The notes beneath the pieces are model-generated. The model did not search any database. It saw only the letters and a list, made by a program, of their open reading frames with translations, and had not been told where the DNA came from. This document shows positions 19,301 to 25,968 of a stretch of 64,000 bases of DNA, piece after piece. Each line of letters opens with the position of its first letter. The stretch's first letter is position 1. The position numbers were made by a program, and so were the translations under genes. The stretch comes from a virus (Duplodnaviria > Heunggongvirae > Uroviricota > Caudoviricetes). The DNA lies in the IMG/VR virus record IMGVR_UViG_2571042206_000004; one strand, given 5' to 3'.

Positions 19301-22005
19301 ATATCACAAGCCAAGGTAATTCAATTACCTCATTGACTAATTCCCTAGCGGTTAGTGGAAAGGCGGGCACAAACCTTCTCATCAAATCCAATGTAGTTGG
19401 CACTTATGATGGTGTCTCATACCCACACCATACATACAAACTCGGTGAAGATTGGGAAGTTGGGGCTACATATACTTTAATTTGGTGTGCTGAACATAAA
19501 CGAGGGACTGGCGATACAAACTCATCACTTGCTGTATACGCAGGTGGTGGCTCACAACATCTGCAAGCCGTAGTAAATACGAATGGTAAGGTTGTCAGCA
19601 AAGTTACCTTTGTTAAAAACAGCGCAGTTGCCTCTGGCCCAATTATCCACTTCTACATGCTCAACCGTCCGACAGCCGACAAGGGTAGCGTTGGTACGGT
19701 TTATTGGGCGGTGCTTGTAAAAGGCGATGTACTCACGACTGATGCTTGGATTCCAAGCCCATATGATTATATCCCTGATAGCAATGCAAATGCCGCTGCT
19801 ATCGCAAATCTTACTAATACAGTAAGTCAGCAAGGCAATACTATTACATCAAATAGCAGCAGCATTACCTCGCTCACTAATCAAATCGGTAACACGAAGT
19901 CATATTCGCTGGTGACTTTCCGTAACGGCTCTGCCGTTGGCATGCCAAAGGCGGCTGGCGTCTACACTGGAAACAATACGCGATTATATGGATTTGGGCG
20001 CGGTTTAAATCTCATTGTGTTTAAAAATGGGGATGTTGAAAGCTGTACGCAATATGACACCTATGGCGACATCGTATCTGCATGTAACGCCATCTATGCC
20101 GCTATCAAGGCGCTTGCATCGGGAACTTACTTTGCAATCGTGGGTACAGATAACATTGGCTCAGTTGGAAATTCAAACCCAAATACTGATTTACGTGCGC
20201 TTTTACTTGCTTCTGGTGCTGGCGACACATATTTCAGATCTTGGAACTGGAATGCTCTTCCTATTTTTGTAGGACGCAAAGACCTAGATGCAGGCAATGG
20301 TATTCTCGGTATGTTTGATTCGACTGTTCCTAATCAGTGGATTGAATACCCGCTTAGTTTTGTGAATGGTGTACCTGTAGGTTTAGGTGACTCCCGAACT
20401 TTAACCACTCAACTGGATGCAAATGCTTCTGCCATTTCGTCATTGTCGAACACAGTGACTCAACAAGGTAAGGATATTGCTTCACATAGCAGTAGTATTA
20501 CCTCGCTAAACAATAGCATCACCAATATTAACGGCACGTTAGCAACAAAAGCAGATAGTTCGGCTCTAACAAACCTCGCCAACCGCGTAACTACAACCGA
20601 AGGTGCAATTACCTCTCAAGGCTCAAGTATTACTTCGCTGAATGCATCTGTGAATGGCTTATTAAAGGATGTTGCAGTATCCGATACTCGATCTACTAAT
20701 CAGCCTCCATCGTGGTATTGGTCAAACTATCCATTGCGTATCGTTCGCGAGTTCAAGCAAGCCTCTGTGCTAGGTTTGACTGGCATGGGTACATATGTCT
20801 CCCTTGAAACATACGTTTATTGGACTGACGCATCTGGTGGTCCGATCATCCAGATTGCACGAGGTACAGATTCGAAACTTACTGCTGAACGCCGTAGCAC
20901 CAGTACATCAACTTGGGGCTCATGGACTCAGGACATCAAAACCCTTAGCGACGGGCTTGCCAATAAAGCTGAAGCATCGGCGGTAAATACGTTAGACGCC
21001 AAAGTTTCAACCATTGATGGCAAAGTTTCAACTCAAGCCAGCAATATTGTTAGTTTACAAACTGCTGTCGGTGGAAACACAAGTGCTATCTCTGAGCAGT
21101 CAAAATCAATTGATGGCATTAGAAACATCAAGACGATTACGATTGACAATAACGGTGTAATGTCAGGCTATGGCTTAATCTCTGACCTAGTTAATGGTAA
21201 AGTGACTTCCACTTTTGGCGTCAATGCAGACAACTTCTACATTGGCCCTCCAAGTGGTGGCAAAAAGCCATTCCTGGTCACAACAACCAACACAACCGTT
21301 AATGGTGTGACTTACCCGCCGGGTACTTGGATTGATACCGCATACATTGCTACGGCATCTATCAAGAGCGCGCACATCCAAGATGCAGCAATTACTACTG
21401 CAAAAATTGCTGATGCGGCAATTGATACCGCAAAAATCAAAGATGCGGCTATCACAAACGCCAAAATTGCCGATTTAACGGTCGATACGATCAAAATCAA
21501 AGACAATGCAATTACGGTGGCAACTGTTGCTGAAAATACACAAGCCAGCAAGATCTTAACGCCTAGTAGTTCAACCTTTGATGCCTGTCAGGTTACGGTA
21601 GTCACTTCGGGTACAAACTTTGTGAAAATTGATGTTTCGCCATTTTTGTACGCTTGGAATAAATATTCCAGCCCACAAATCTACCTAGATATTTACCGTG
21701 ATGACACCTTGATTAAAACCTTCAACTTGCCGTGGATTCAAAGCACTGAAGTATTCAAGGATAGATCTTGGACAGAAGGTGGTTCTTATGATGTTCTTTA
21801 CAATATTGTCGTATACACCATGAACACAATGGCTGGTTCGATGTTTACGACATTAGACAGACCTGCGGCTGGCACACACGTCTACAAGGCAACGCTCAGA
21901 AGAACGACCAACTGGGGACGGGATAACGCAATGGACATGGCGCGTCGATACAACGAGATTGAGTTTACAAACGCTCTTATTTTAATCACGGAGGTTAAAA
22001 AATAA
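10330..22005 (+). CDS. Central tail fibre/host-specificity protein J with giant modular C-terminal extension
   Basis: gpJ core (DLLGEGQIGG, NPAWILYD, EPRFTLN, GCTSRGQAHR.G.W), FN3-like repeats, then about 10 globular modules separated by coiled-coil repeats, and a DUF1983-like end (SGYGL...FGVNADNF, AxIxxAKI repeats). Confidence 0.92.
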   Translation: MEAVTNLQTINQAIKDVHKAPKVIAGAGGGGGGKGGSESDDDLESKSFLSLIDLLGEGQIGGLVDDSPKSIFLNDTPLVNAAGEYNFQNVTWAMLKGTQDQPSLGEGFDTVESSTSVGQLITRDSPATFSITDPNADRARVIISTPSLISTTSRGDIVGSSVEYKFSISLNNSHFVEIGKGKITGKTRSRYQRQYEYALPKQTEDGTRVTMWTIKIERVSPESNESSTSNDIYLDSYSVIIGSRLSYPNSAVFGLSISSEQFQSIPTRSYLVDGLLIRVPSNYDYKTRKYEGTWNGTFKLAPSDNPAWILYDVITNERYGLGQFVDPAYANPARLYVIGQYCDEMVDDGFGGKEPRFTLNTVINSISDAYQLISDITSVFNGMAYWSGSQFGYMCDMPTQPTMLYNASNVVNGEFVYSGASRKDMHSVALITWNDPERNYQRAVEYVEDPELIQRYGVRKAEITSFGCTSRGQAHRIGKWLLYTERNQSRTISFKVGVDSSFVLPGDVVQIADPNRSGKRMGGRLIGATATSATLDSEIILNENSSIMLRLASGDFVERNIKTIGTDLATGNSVINWDTALSTLPTDNAVWIVKSPELEPQLARVVAIGDSEDAPGTYTITTIAHNPSKFDFIESNIQLDSPNVTIISPSLIEATKNVEIIEEARIEQGITVRNMSINWEQVPNAVSYEVKYKKTEGNWFTLPITKGLSVEIENVYEGEYVAQVVAISSTGSRSPATYSIPTKVNGQASVLPKLGLFKATPAMFAIDLAWEYAPGTKGVDHVEIQMSLDNSLEANFALLGTYPDPMKAHQVTGLNLSDTRWFRARLVDKFGISGEWSDVVSAAPDIDPDKVLEVISGHIDESVLDTALQEKIDTSEQTANAAKDAASAAQGAASAAQNVANAAKDAAATAKNTANLAQNVAKEAQSTAATAQNQANAAKTAADQAVAASNQAKDTADKATSAATTAQTMANSASTAAAKANTAATNAQTTANNAASAASKVASDLTTSTNQLNQKIADEADARTVAISNLKDGLTTETTQRKSEDAALLSNIETFKSSTKGSLSSLQEQITTNATNTDANAQKITSLDSRLTTNEGKTAEAINSAATAQQTASTAVDKANAAANSVTALKSELSSGKGINNIVAPFSDPQELPALGGAGRTVALVDSALRRNGKAYKVSFTAAAHYVYFGTAQAALAPSQMAMQVEAGRAYTFSAWLKALSTAVPSFRFNIMWFIRDPSTGNITTNAGIIFPQGQTDSYVAPNANGQRYSFKPVNSPANTIGATVYVVGNPSGPSAGEYLIDMLMLEESVGSEKPASTWTAGPADLNAIKNALDTNAVAINNLTTRVSNDEGKITSQGNSITQLNNSINTINGTLSNKADATALNALTTRVSNAEGQISSQGSSIVSLQNDLASTNKAVSTKADSSALNSLDSKVSEIDGRVTSTANAVTSLQGSVSSIEKGLSTKADASALNNYYTKTEADSAASGAIDKFNSQLTIGGVNVVANSEAPRTSTAATNREYLLYERSAELKAFYDENLEKPITISFEMSVPVAGPVQVYSSNGSAHQFVTSVNAIIVNQFAKYSVTVSPKAHTASTTVSTIEFYGTYGTGRIPTIRKLQIEAGTKATAWSPSPRDTKAAIDANASAIQTTQTKVDNIDGRLTTATDSITSLNSRMSTAEGNINSTNTAVGGLSTRMATAEGKITNQSDSIASLQNSVTSINGTLANKADSSAVNNLTSRVETAEGKISSQSGQITSLSNSLDLTNSNLNDVNVLARLLSLGKPLREDPTFKTTSSGGLSAYNFPAGTSWIKQAKSTDNPTGSTHEMLIKATQALGGGWYPTAPTLVLTANKTFLIKQIIKMPVGTKLQAIGNATGTGGYIRILGNDLGTGKFETYYSVVQGGADLSGSTIQGHFRVIAGTNPPVPTVDNPVFVILASYEVFDVTAVNDTIPKAYSDAIAANANAINTLSNTVSQQGNTITSHSNSITQLNNSISSINGALSSKADASALQSLDSKVTLIDGKVTSNSSALTALQSSFEGIPNQGVNLLGPEISNPIEKPNWISGLPFEVIQSPDTVNVRAFQFTMPANTTSGTYFNIGGGQVPRQWLTEGTYIFSFVAKTVGGTPPHAIEWQLYNVDSTRLRFNITATLTRYSGVFTVPAGGAAACMLLIGNPTGKPAGQVINIERMMLERQVGNNTTPSAWIAGSDPTGMILSTQAKATDLFNTATSQNAATAGRVTSLESRMTTTEGNLNKKADASALQNLDTKVTNVDGKVTSNTNAITALSSTLSNATSSISMNAGNAQGDWTFFNTSGEYSIVAQADGQAGRVIQLGNNAGNDIVWMHPNNFIPFDATKTYRLRARYRRRAGTGTIYLGVSQKTPDKALYVTTANALSGDMGSSNYVVNAHAPAIDEWQEIVAYIKGRSAGAASGSGSKTSPRTVSQQAGFITPMFIANYSAQTGIVELDYLILEDAEAIVGNDANASAISALDTKVSEVDGRLTTATNSITSLNSRMSAAEGNISAANSALSGLSTRMTAAENGLTNQSNAITNLSNSLTVTTNTANAALPKIQGGTGAAKLFRGVLVWQQNGANLTGNIVIQTPITFTNKMFRLSLTGYNYLAAKNEINLNIGGYAYSGTSLLQHGVVNSGTMPIRVRMGVRNGTVVVILTSQAPGAYWQYPKFNIDAEIGYTTPPDSWADGWSASFMAEADLASNGISAIIEPSLLDISTTLNATASAISNLTNTVSQQGDTITSHSNSITTLTNKITNNDLSNLVLNPDFVDPKSDWTSGVIVDATDAAPNPPSAKALRLNNRDSYYGPFVKCNVGDMFYVSAWFATPNTSATASAVLGFNTRNSAGTYTWYSVAIKSTDKNAWGMVEGYFTVPNGMVDIRPWLQVSIAASEAAGQQWHVTNIQVRNITGNKKLATDLQATSSAVTDLTSKVTNIDGRLTSASNNIVTLNNSVTNINATLAQKADATALNSLSNRVTTAEGNITSQGNSITSLTNSLAVSGKAGTNLLIKSNVVGTYDGVSYPHHTYKLGEDWEVGATYTLIWCAEHKRGTGDTNSSLAVYAGGGSQHLQAVVNTNGKVVSKVTFVKNSAVASGPIIHFYMLNRPTADKGSVGTVYWAVLVKGDVLTTDAWIPSPYDYIPDSNANAAAIANLTNTVSQQGNTITSNSSSITSLTNQIGNTKSYSLVTFRNGSAVGMPKAAGVYTGNNTRLYGFGRGLNLIVFKNGDVESCTQYDTYGDIVSACNAIYAAIKALASGTYFAIVGTDNIGSVGNSNPNTDLRALLLASGAGDTYFRSWNWNALPIFVGRKDLDAGNGILGMFDSTVPNQWIEYPLSFVNGVPVGLGDSRTLTTQLDANASAISSLSNTVTQQGKDIASHSSSITSLNNSITNINGTLATKADSSALTNLANRVTTTEGAITSQGSSITSLNASVNGLLKDVAVSDTRSTNQPPSWYWSNYPLRIVREFKQASVLGLTGMGTYVSLETYVYWTDASGGPIIQIARGTDSKLTAERRSTSTSTWGSWTQDIKTLSDGLANKAEASAVNTLDAKVSTIDGKVSTQASNIVSLQTAVGGNTSAISEQSKSIDGIRNIKTITIDNNGVMSGYGLISDLVNGKVTSTFGVNADNFYIGPPSGGKKPFLVTTTNTTVNGVTYPPGTWIDTAYIATASIKSAHIQDAAITTAKIADAAIDTAKIKDAAITNAKIADLTVDTIKIKDNAITVATVAENTQASKILTPSSSTFDACQVTVVTSGTNFVKIDVSPFLYAWNKYSSPQIYLDIYRDDTLIKTFNLPWIQSTEVFKDRSWTEGGSYDVLYNIVVYTMNTMAGSMFTTLDRPAAGTHVYKATLRRTTNWGRDNAMDMARRYNEIEFTNALILITEVKK

Positions 22006-22562
22006 TGAGAACTCGATATGTCATTTCCGATGAGGGTAAATGCATTGCCTCATTTACGGGGTCAAATGAAATACTCGAACTCAACACTCAAGGAAAGAAA
22101 TATACCGAGAAGCAACCCACCAGTCCTAGTGACTGGTGGAACTTCGAAACCGAAAGTTGGGAAAGCATAGGTGAAAAACCTAGTGAAGTGCATGAATTTG
22201 ATTACACAGCTAAGAAGTGGTCTGATCCAAGATCACTCGATCAAGTCAAAGAAGAAAAATGGAACAAGATTAAGCTTCAGCGCAATCAACTCGAATTTGG
22301 TGGTTTTGAGTTTAATGGCCATACTTTCGACTCAGACATCGCGTCTCAAAGTCGCATAGCTACAGCTGCGGCGCTTGGACTGGAAGTGGAGTGGACAACC
22401 AAAGACAACTCAACCATTTTGCTAAACTCTGAACAGTTAAAAAACCTACAAGTGGCATTAGCTCAACATGTAAATAAACTTCATGAACTCGGCAGAAAGG
22501 CTCGCTTAAAGATCGCCGAAGCTACCACTAAAGAGGAAGTAGAAGCTGTCACGCTGATTTGA
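22005..22562 (+). CDS. Tail fibre assembly protein (DUF4376-like)
   Basis: W..IK.QR......GFEF.GH.FDSD..SQ.RI...W.T.DN pattern; coupled to the fibre gene. Confidence 0.7.
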   Translation: MRTRYVISDEGKCIASFTGSNEILELNTQGKKYTEKQPTSPSDWWNFETESWESIGEKPSEVHEFDYTAKKWSDPRSLDQVKEEKWNKIKLQRNQLEFGGFEFNGHTFDSDIASQSRIATAAALGLEVEWTTKDNSTILLNSEQLKNLQVALAQHVNKLHELGRKARLKIAEATTKEEVEAVTLI

Positions 22563-22612
22563 TCATTTCGGCAAATAATTTAGGTATAACAATTATTTGC
22601 CTTTAATTATTT

Positions 22613-22641
22613 TTCCAGAAATGACAACTTCTCGGTATAAT
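22613..22641 (+). promoter_or_regulatory. Putative sigma70 promoter of the lipoprotein cassette
   Basis: TTCCAG (22613-22618), 17 bp spacer, TATAAT (22636-22641). Confidence 0.5.
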
Positions 22642-22679
22642 TAATGCAAATCTTTTGCGTTAAAAGGAAAGCTGTTTTA

Positions 22680-22811
22680 ATGAAAAAATTGATTGCCGCT
22701 CTTGCTGTGTTGGTCGTTCTAACTGGTTGTGTGTACGATCCTGTAAATTACGACAAAATACACGATCAAGAGTTCGAAGATCACCTCAAGCAAAACGGCG
22801 GTGACTCATAA
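22680..22811 (+). CDS. 43 aa lipoprotein (not in ORF track)
   Basis: MKKLIAALAVLVVLTGC-VYDPVNYDKIHDQEFEDHLKQNGGDS; basic N-terminus, hydrophobic stretch, LTGC lipobox; AAGGA RBS upstream. Confidence 0.75.
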   Translation: MKKLIAALAVLVVLTGCVYDPVNYDKIHDQEFEDHLKQNGGDS

Positions 22812-22812
22812 T

Positions 22813-22840
22813 AAAAAAGCCCACGCAATGTGGGCTTTTT
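22813..22840. terminator. Bidirectional intrinsic terminator
   Basis: AAAAAAGCCCAC-GCAAT-GTGGGCTTTTT between convergent genes. Confidence 0.8.
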
Positions 22841-22861
22841 ATTGGCTTCGTTCTAGGGCAA

Positions 22862-23044
22862 TTAGACTGAAGCCGTTGGTTGCTCTTCGAGAATTAAATT
22901 GATGCCATTCTCGCCGGTAACGCCGTCATATGTTAATTCCAACTTTTCAACCTTTCGTCCTGTTTGACTCTCAACCAAACTTACTTGACCAAGCAACCAA
23001 GTTGTTAAATTCGCTTCCTCGCGAGTGATAGTTTTCATACTCAA
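22862..23044 (-). CDS. Hypothetical protein (60 aa)
   Basis: Only ORF in the gap; ends at the bidirectional terminator. Confidence 0.5.
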   Translation of the reverse strand: MSMKTITREEANLTTWLLGQVSLVESQTGRKVEKLELTYDGVTGENGINLILEEQPTASV

Positions 23045-23100
23045 TATTCATCCATGAATGAGTTTTACGGAGATTTGATTTTAACCAGAATAAATTCATA

Positions 23101-23114
23101 AGTCACTACTTACT
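23101..23114. promoter_or_regulatory. 14 bp operator variant
   Basis: AGTCACTACTTACT; the stretch 23101-23118 equals the 23178 site with a TACT duplication. Confidence 0.55.
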
Positions 23115-23177
23115 GACTCAATTTAATAAAATATAAGTTCATGATTAATACAAATCAATTTAAATAGCAATATATTC

Positions 23178-23191
23178 AGTCACTACTGACT
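23178..23191. promoter_or_regulatory. 14 bp palindromic operator, AGTCA subtype
   Basis: AGTCACTACTGACT upstream of the holin gene; TATAAT at 23214-23219. Confidence 0.7.
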
Positions 23192-23245
23192 TACAAATAA
23201 TCAATAATCCGCTTATAATTCACTCAACTTCAAGGAGTGAAGATT

Positions 23246-23563
23246 ATGACAGACCCATTCAGCACAGGCACCGATCAAGTCCAGTGGTGGCACGTCCTGT
23301 TAGCTGCAATCACGGCAATGTGGGGAGGCATTGTCAACTACTTGGGCAAAGTTCAAGCGGGTGAAAAACCAACATTTATCGGCGCAACAATTCATTTATC
23401 AATGAGTGGATTTGCCGGTCTTTTGTGTTGGTTGTTGTGCGCTCAATTCCAAGTTGCCGGATTTATGACAGCAATCTGTACAGGTCTAGCTGGGCATTTG
23501 GGTTCAGAGTTCATTCGTTTGTTAGAAGCCAAGTTTGTGCGAAAAATCAAAGGAGTTGAATAA
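23246..23563 (+). CDS. Holin
   Basis: Small protein with 2-3 hydrophobic segments and basic C-terminus directly before the endolysin; AAGGAG at 23232-23237 favours ATG 23246. Confidence 0.75.
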   Translation: MTDPFSTGTDQVQWWHVLLAAITAMWGGIVNYLGKVQAGEKPTFIGATIHLSMSGFAGLLCWLLCAQFQVAGFMTAICTGLAGHLGSEFIRLLEAKFVRKIKGVE

Positions 23564-24132
23564 TGAGTGCAAATCCAGAATTACCGTGGATCGCAGAGGC
23601 TCGCCGTCACATAGGGTTGGCTGAAATCGCCGGCCCCAAACACAACCAGACAATCATCAAATGGCTGAAGGACTTAAAGTCCTCTTGGCTTGACGATGAA
23701 ACTGCATGGTGCGGAACATTCGTTGCGCACTGTCTCCAAACGGCGGGATTTCAAAGAGGAAGTGTAAACTCGCGTTCCAAAACTTATAAATCAGGAACAA
23801 AGGCCCCACCAGGCTTTTATCCTTTCAACTGGTATGCCGCACTTGAATACATCAAAGAAGGCGGAGTCAAATTAGACAAGCCTTGTTATGGGTGTGTTGC
23901 GGTAAAATCAAGAGAGGGCGGTGGCCATGTAACTTTCGTTGTTGGTAAAACACCTACTGGTAAATTAATTTGCTTAGGTGGTAATCAGTCAAATAAAGTT
24001 TGTTTTGCAGTATATGACGTTTCGGCTTTTGAAGCCTTTATGTGGTATGGCAAAACAAGTAAACCAGCTGCTCACCGATACGATTTACCAGTCCTAAAAA
24101 TCGTTTCTGTTACGAGTGTTTCAGAGGCTTAA
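23563..24132 (+). CDS. Endolysin, TIGR02594-like (CHAP/NlpC-P60 peptidase)
   Basis: PWIAEARRHIG..EI.G..HN..I..W...DDETAWCG.FV..CL, then GGGHV.FVVG and LGGNQSNKV. Confidence 0.82.
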   Translation: MSANPELPWIAEARRHIGLAEIAGPKHNQTIIKWLKDLKSSWLDDETAWCGTFVAHCLQTAGFQRGSVNSRSKTYKSGTKAPPGFYPFNWYAALEYIKEGGVKLDKPCYGCVAVKSREGGGHVTFVVGKTPTGKLICLGGNQSNKVCFAVYDVSAFEAFMWYGKTSKPAAHRYDLPVLKIVSVTSVSEA

Positions 24133-24135
24133 TCT

Positions 24136-24294
24136 ATGCACTTACTTCAAGGAACAAAACCCCTCAAAGTTTTTCTTGTTGTTGTTCTTCTTGTAATTGT
24201 GAGTGCATGGAGTTACTTGCTTGGTTCTAACGATGCAACCAAGAAAGCAAAACAACAAGCTGAAACAGTTATCCACAGTGAAAAAATTAAGTGA
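24136..24294 (+). CDS. 52 aa membrane-anchored protein after the endolysin (inner-spanin-like position; not in ORF track)
   Basis: MHLLQGTKPLKVFLVVVLLVIVSAWSYLLG...; single N-terminal TM segment. Confidence 0.5.
   Translation: MHLLQGTKPLKVFLVVVLLVIVSAWSYLLGSNDATKKAKQQAETVIHSEKIK
24269..24277 (+). promoter_or_regulatory. DnaA box
   Basis: Perfect TTATCCACA upstream of the AT-rich origin region. Confidence 0.5.
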
Positions 24295-24439
24295 GTGTAA
24301 AGCTTGCTTAAAATACCCTGCTAAAACGCTCTAATTTCTCAAATTTAAGCTTTGTTTAAGATGATTGATAAACTTTACCGATTTTTCATAAACAGGGCTT
24401 AAAAACGATTTTAGAGCGTTTTAAACTTTAAAATGGATA

Positions 24440-24545
24440 CACGTTTAAACAAATTTAAATTTAAAATTTTTAAACCTGCTATAACATGTAGCAAAGCGGA
24501 ATTTTTTATAATAATAAATTTAAATTCAAATTTTAAATTTATTCA
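24440..24545. other. AT-rich putative DNA unwinding element
   Basis: Near-pure A/T tract with two copies of AAATTTAAATT(T/C)AAA upstream of the iterons. Confidence 0.5.
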
Positions 24546-24666
24546 TAAGATCACATGCCTGCATATGATCAAACACCGTCTAGTGTTTATATACTATACC
24601 GTAGGTATTTTATAATAACTTATAGAACATGCCTCAAAGCTTTTTGTAGCAAAGGTTTCAGCTTGT

Positions 24667-24784
24667 TTTCGGTAGTTACTATTTCCGTTTTCGGTAGTTA
24701 AAAATTCCGTTTTTTAAATTTTCGGTAGTTAAAAATTCCAATTTCGGTAGTTAAAAATTCCAAAGTTTGGTAGTCATTTTTTCC
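24667..24784 (+). repeat. Replication iterons (plasmid origin)
   Basis: TTTCGGTAGTTAAAAATTCC-type 20-mers starting at 24667, 24689, 24720, 24742 and a degenerate copy at 24765; mostly 22 bp period. Confidence 0.88.
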
Positions 24785-24798
24785 ACCAAATACAGTGG

Positions 24799-24833
24799 TT
24801 ATCAACATGGTTATCCACAGTTTTTGTGGGTAA
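24799..24833. promoter_or_regulatory. DnaA box cluster
   Basis: TTATCAACA (24799), perfect TTATCCACA (24811), reverse TGTGGGTAA (24825). Confidence 0.75.
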
Positions 24834-24924
24834 GTTGGTTAATATTTAGCTGATTGAGTCTTAAAAAATTGGTTTTGACACTTATTACTATCAAATGTAG
24901 GCTTAATGACGCCAAAACAAAATA

Positions 24925-24944
24925 TTTCGGTAGTTAAGTTTTTC
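24925..24944 (+). repeat. Solo iteron near the repA promoter (autoregulation)
   Basis: TTTCGGTAGTTAAGTTTTTC, about 40 bp before the ATG. Confidence 0.7.
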
Positions 24945-24980
24945 ATCAGTACTTGGTGATCATTGGAAGTTAGGGAATAT

Positions 24981-25829
24981 ATGTCCTCTATTGTTAAAAG
25001 CAATCCAAAAGTTAAGAAACACAATAACTTAACACAGGCTCATTTTTTTAATGTATCAGTCATCGCTTATAGACTTATATTATTAGCCGGTACGGACAAG
25101 TTCTTAGAAAACATGCTAAAGTCTGGCGAGAATACTTACATTCGCATTACAGCGCATGATTATCACAATTTATATGGCTCAAGTTCGGACATGTCGGGTT
25201 CGTATAAAGCAATTAAAGATGCGCCCGATGATTTACTTAATGCCAAGTTGAAATACAAAAGACTTAAAACAGAATCAGACCCCGGCCGTTGGGTAGGTGG
25301 TATTAACTGGGTACAAGACGCTCGTTATAACGACGAGTTAAAATGTGTTGAAATTCTATTTTCTACAACAGTACTTCCTTTGCTGGCGAATGTTCGCAAA
25401 AGTTTTACTTATTACAACCTACGACATATTGGTCGGTTGTCATCCATGCATTCGATTAGGATGTATGAACTAATGATGATGTGGCGCAAAAGCGGCAAAA
25501 CGCCAGACTTGACAGTTAGCTATATGAAAAACTTCTTAGGCGTGCCAGACAATGAATATTCCGACCCAAAAGAGTTAAAGTTTTTCACAGCTCAAGTAAT
25601 TAAAAAGTCCGTCAAAGAAGTCACAAGTAAAACTAATATTGAAATGGACTTTGAAGTTGTAAGAGGGGAAAAGAGAGCAACTATCGGCTATTCTTTTAGT
25701 CATAAATTGAAAGCGCTGCCTGAAGGTGAACAGCCTGAGCAAGAAGAACTTGAGGACGATAACGAAGGCGGCGGAGATCCAAGCAAATTGCTACCGAACA
25801 ATGACGACGACCCAGAGTTGCCATTTTAA
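24981..25829 (+). CDS. repA: Rep_3-family plasmid replication initiator
   Basis: VKKHNNLTQA, RLILLA, WVQDARY, YTYYNL..I.RL.S.HSIRMYELM pattern; next to iterons and DnaA boxes. Confidence 0.9.
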   Translation: MSSIVKSNPKVKKHNNLTQAHFFNVSVIAYRLILLAGTDKFLENMLKSGENTYIRITAHDYHNLYGSSSDMSGSYKAIKDAPDDLLNAKLKYKRLKTESDPGRWVGGINWVQDARYNDELKCVEILFSTTVLPLLANVRKSFTYYNLRHIGRLSSMHSIRMYELMMMWRKSGKTPDLTVSYMKNFLGVPDNEYSDPKELKFFTAQVIKKSVKEVTSKTNIEMDFEVVRGEKRATIGYSFSHKLKALPEGEQPEQEELEDDNEGGGDPSKLLPNNDDDPELPF

Positions 25830-25854
25830 TACCGCTGGCAACATTTGTATTCCG

Positions 25855-25968
25855 CGACTTGGGCACTTGGGAATGAATACCGCGATCACTATATTAATTA
25901 TATAATCTCTCTTAGTTAATATTTATTAATAGTGATTCACACGGATGCACCCAAGTTCACCCAAGTCG
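25855..25968. repeat. Nested imperfect inverted repeat downstream of repA
   Basis: Outer arms CGACTTGGGCACTTGGG / CCCAAGTTCACCCAAGTCG; inner arms ATCACTATATTAAT / ATTAATAGTGAT around a TATAAT. Confidence 0.6.

Noticed and set aside
13000-21500. DGR target or shufflon in the fibre gene
   Set aside because: No reverse transcriptase, no near-identical template/variable pair, and no inverted cassettes or adjacent invertase seen; the repeats are diverged in-frame coiled-coil units.
10362-21551. Antisense and alternate-frame ORFs within the fibre gene
   Set aside because: They are fully nested in a well-supported CDS and explained by its biased codon use.
24322-24423. Long imperfect inverted repeat (TAAAACGCTCTAA...TTAGAGCGTTTTA)
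   Set aside because: Real but A-tract-rich, and I could not assign a function separate from the origin region.
24667-24784. CRISPR array
   Set aside because: The repeats are nearly abutting with no unique spacers and lie beside DnaA boxes and a Rep gene, so they are iterons.
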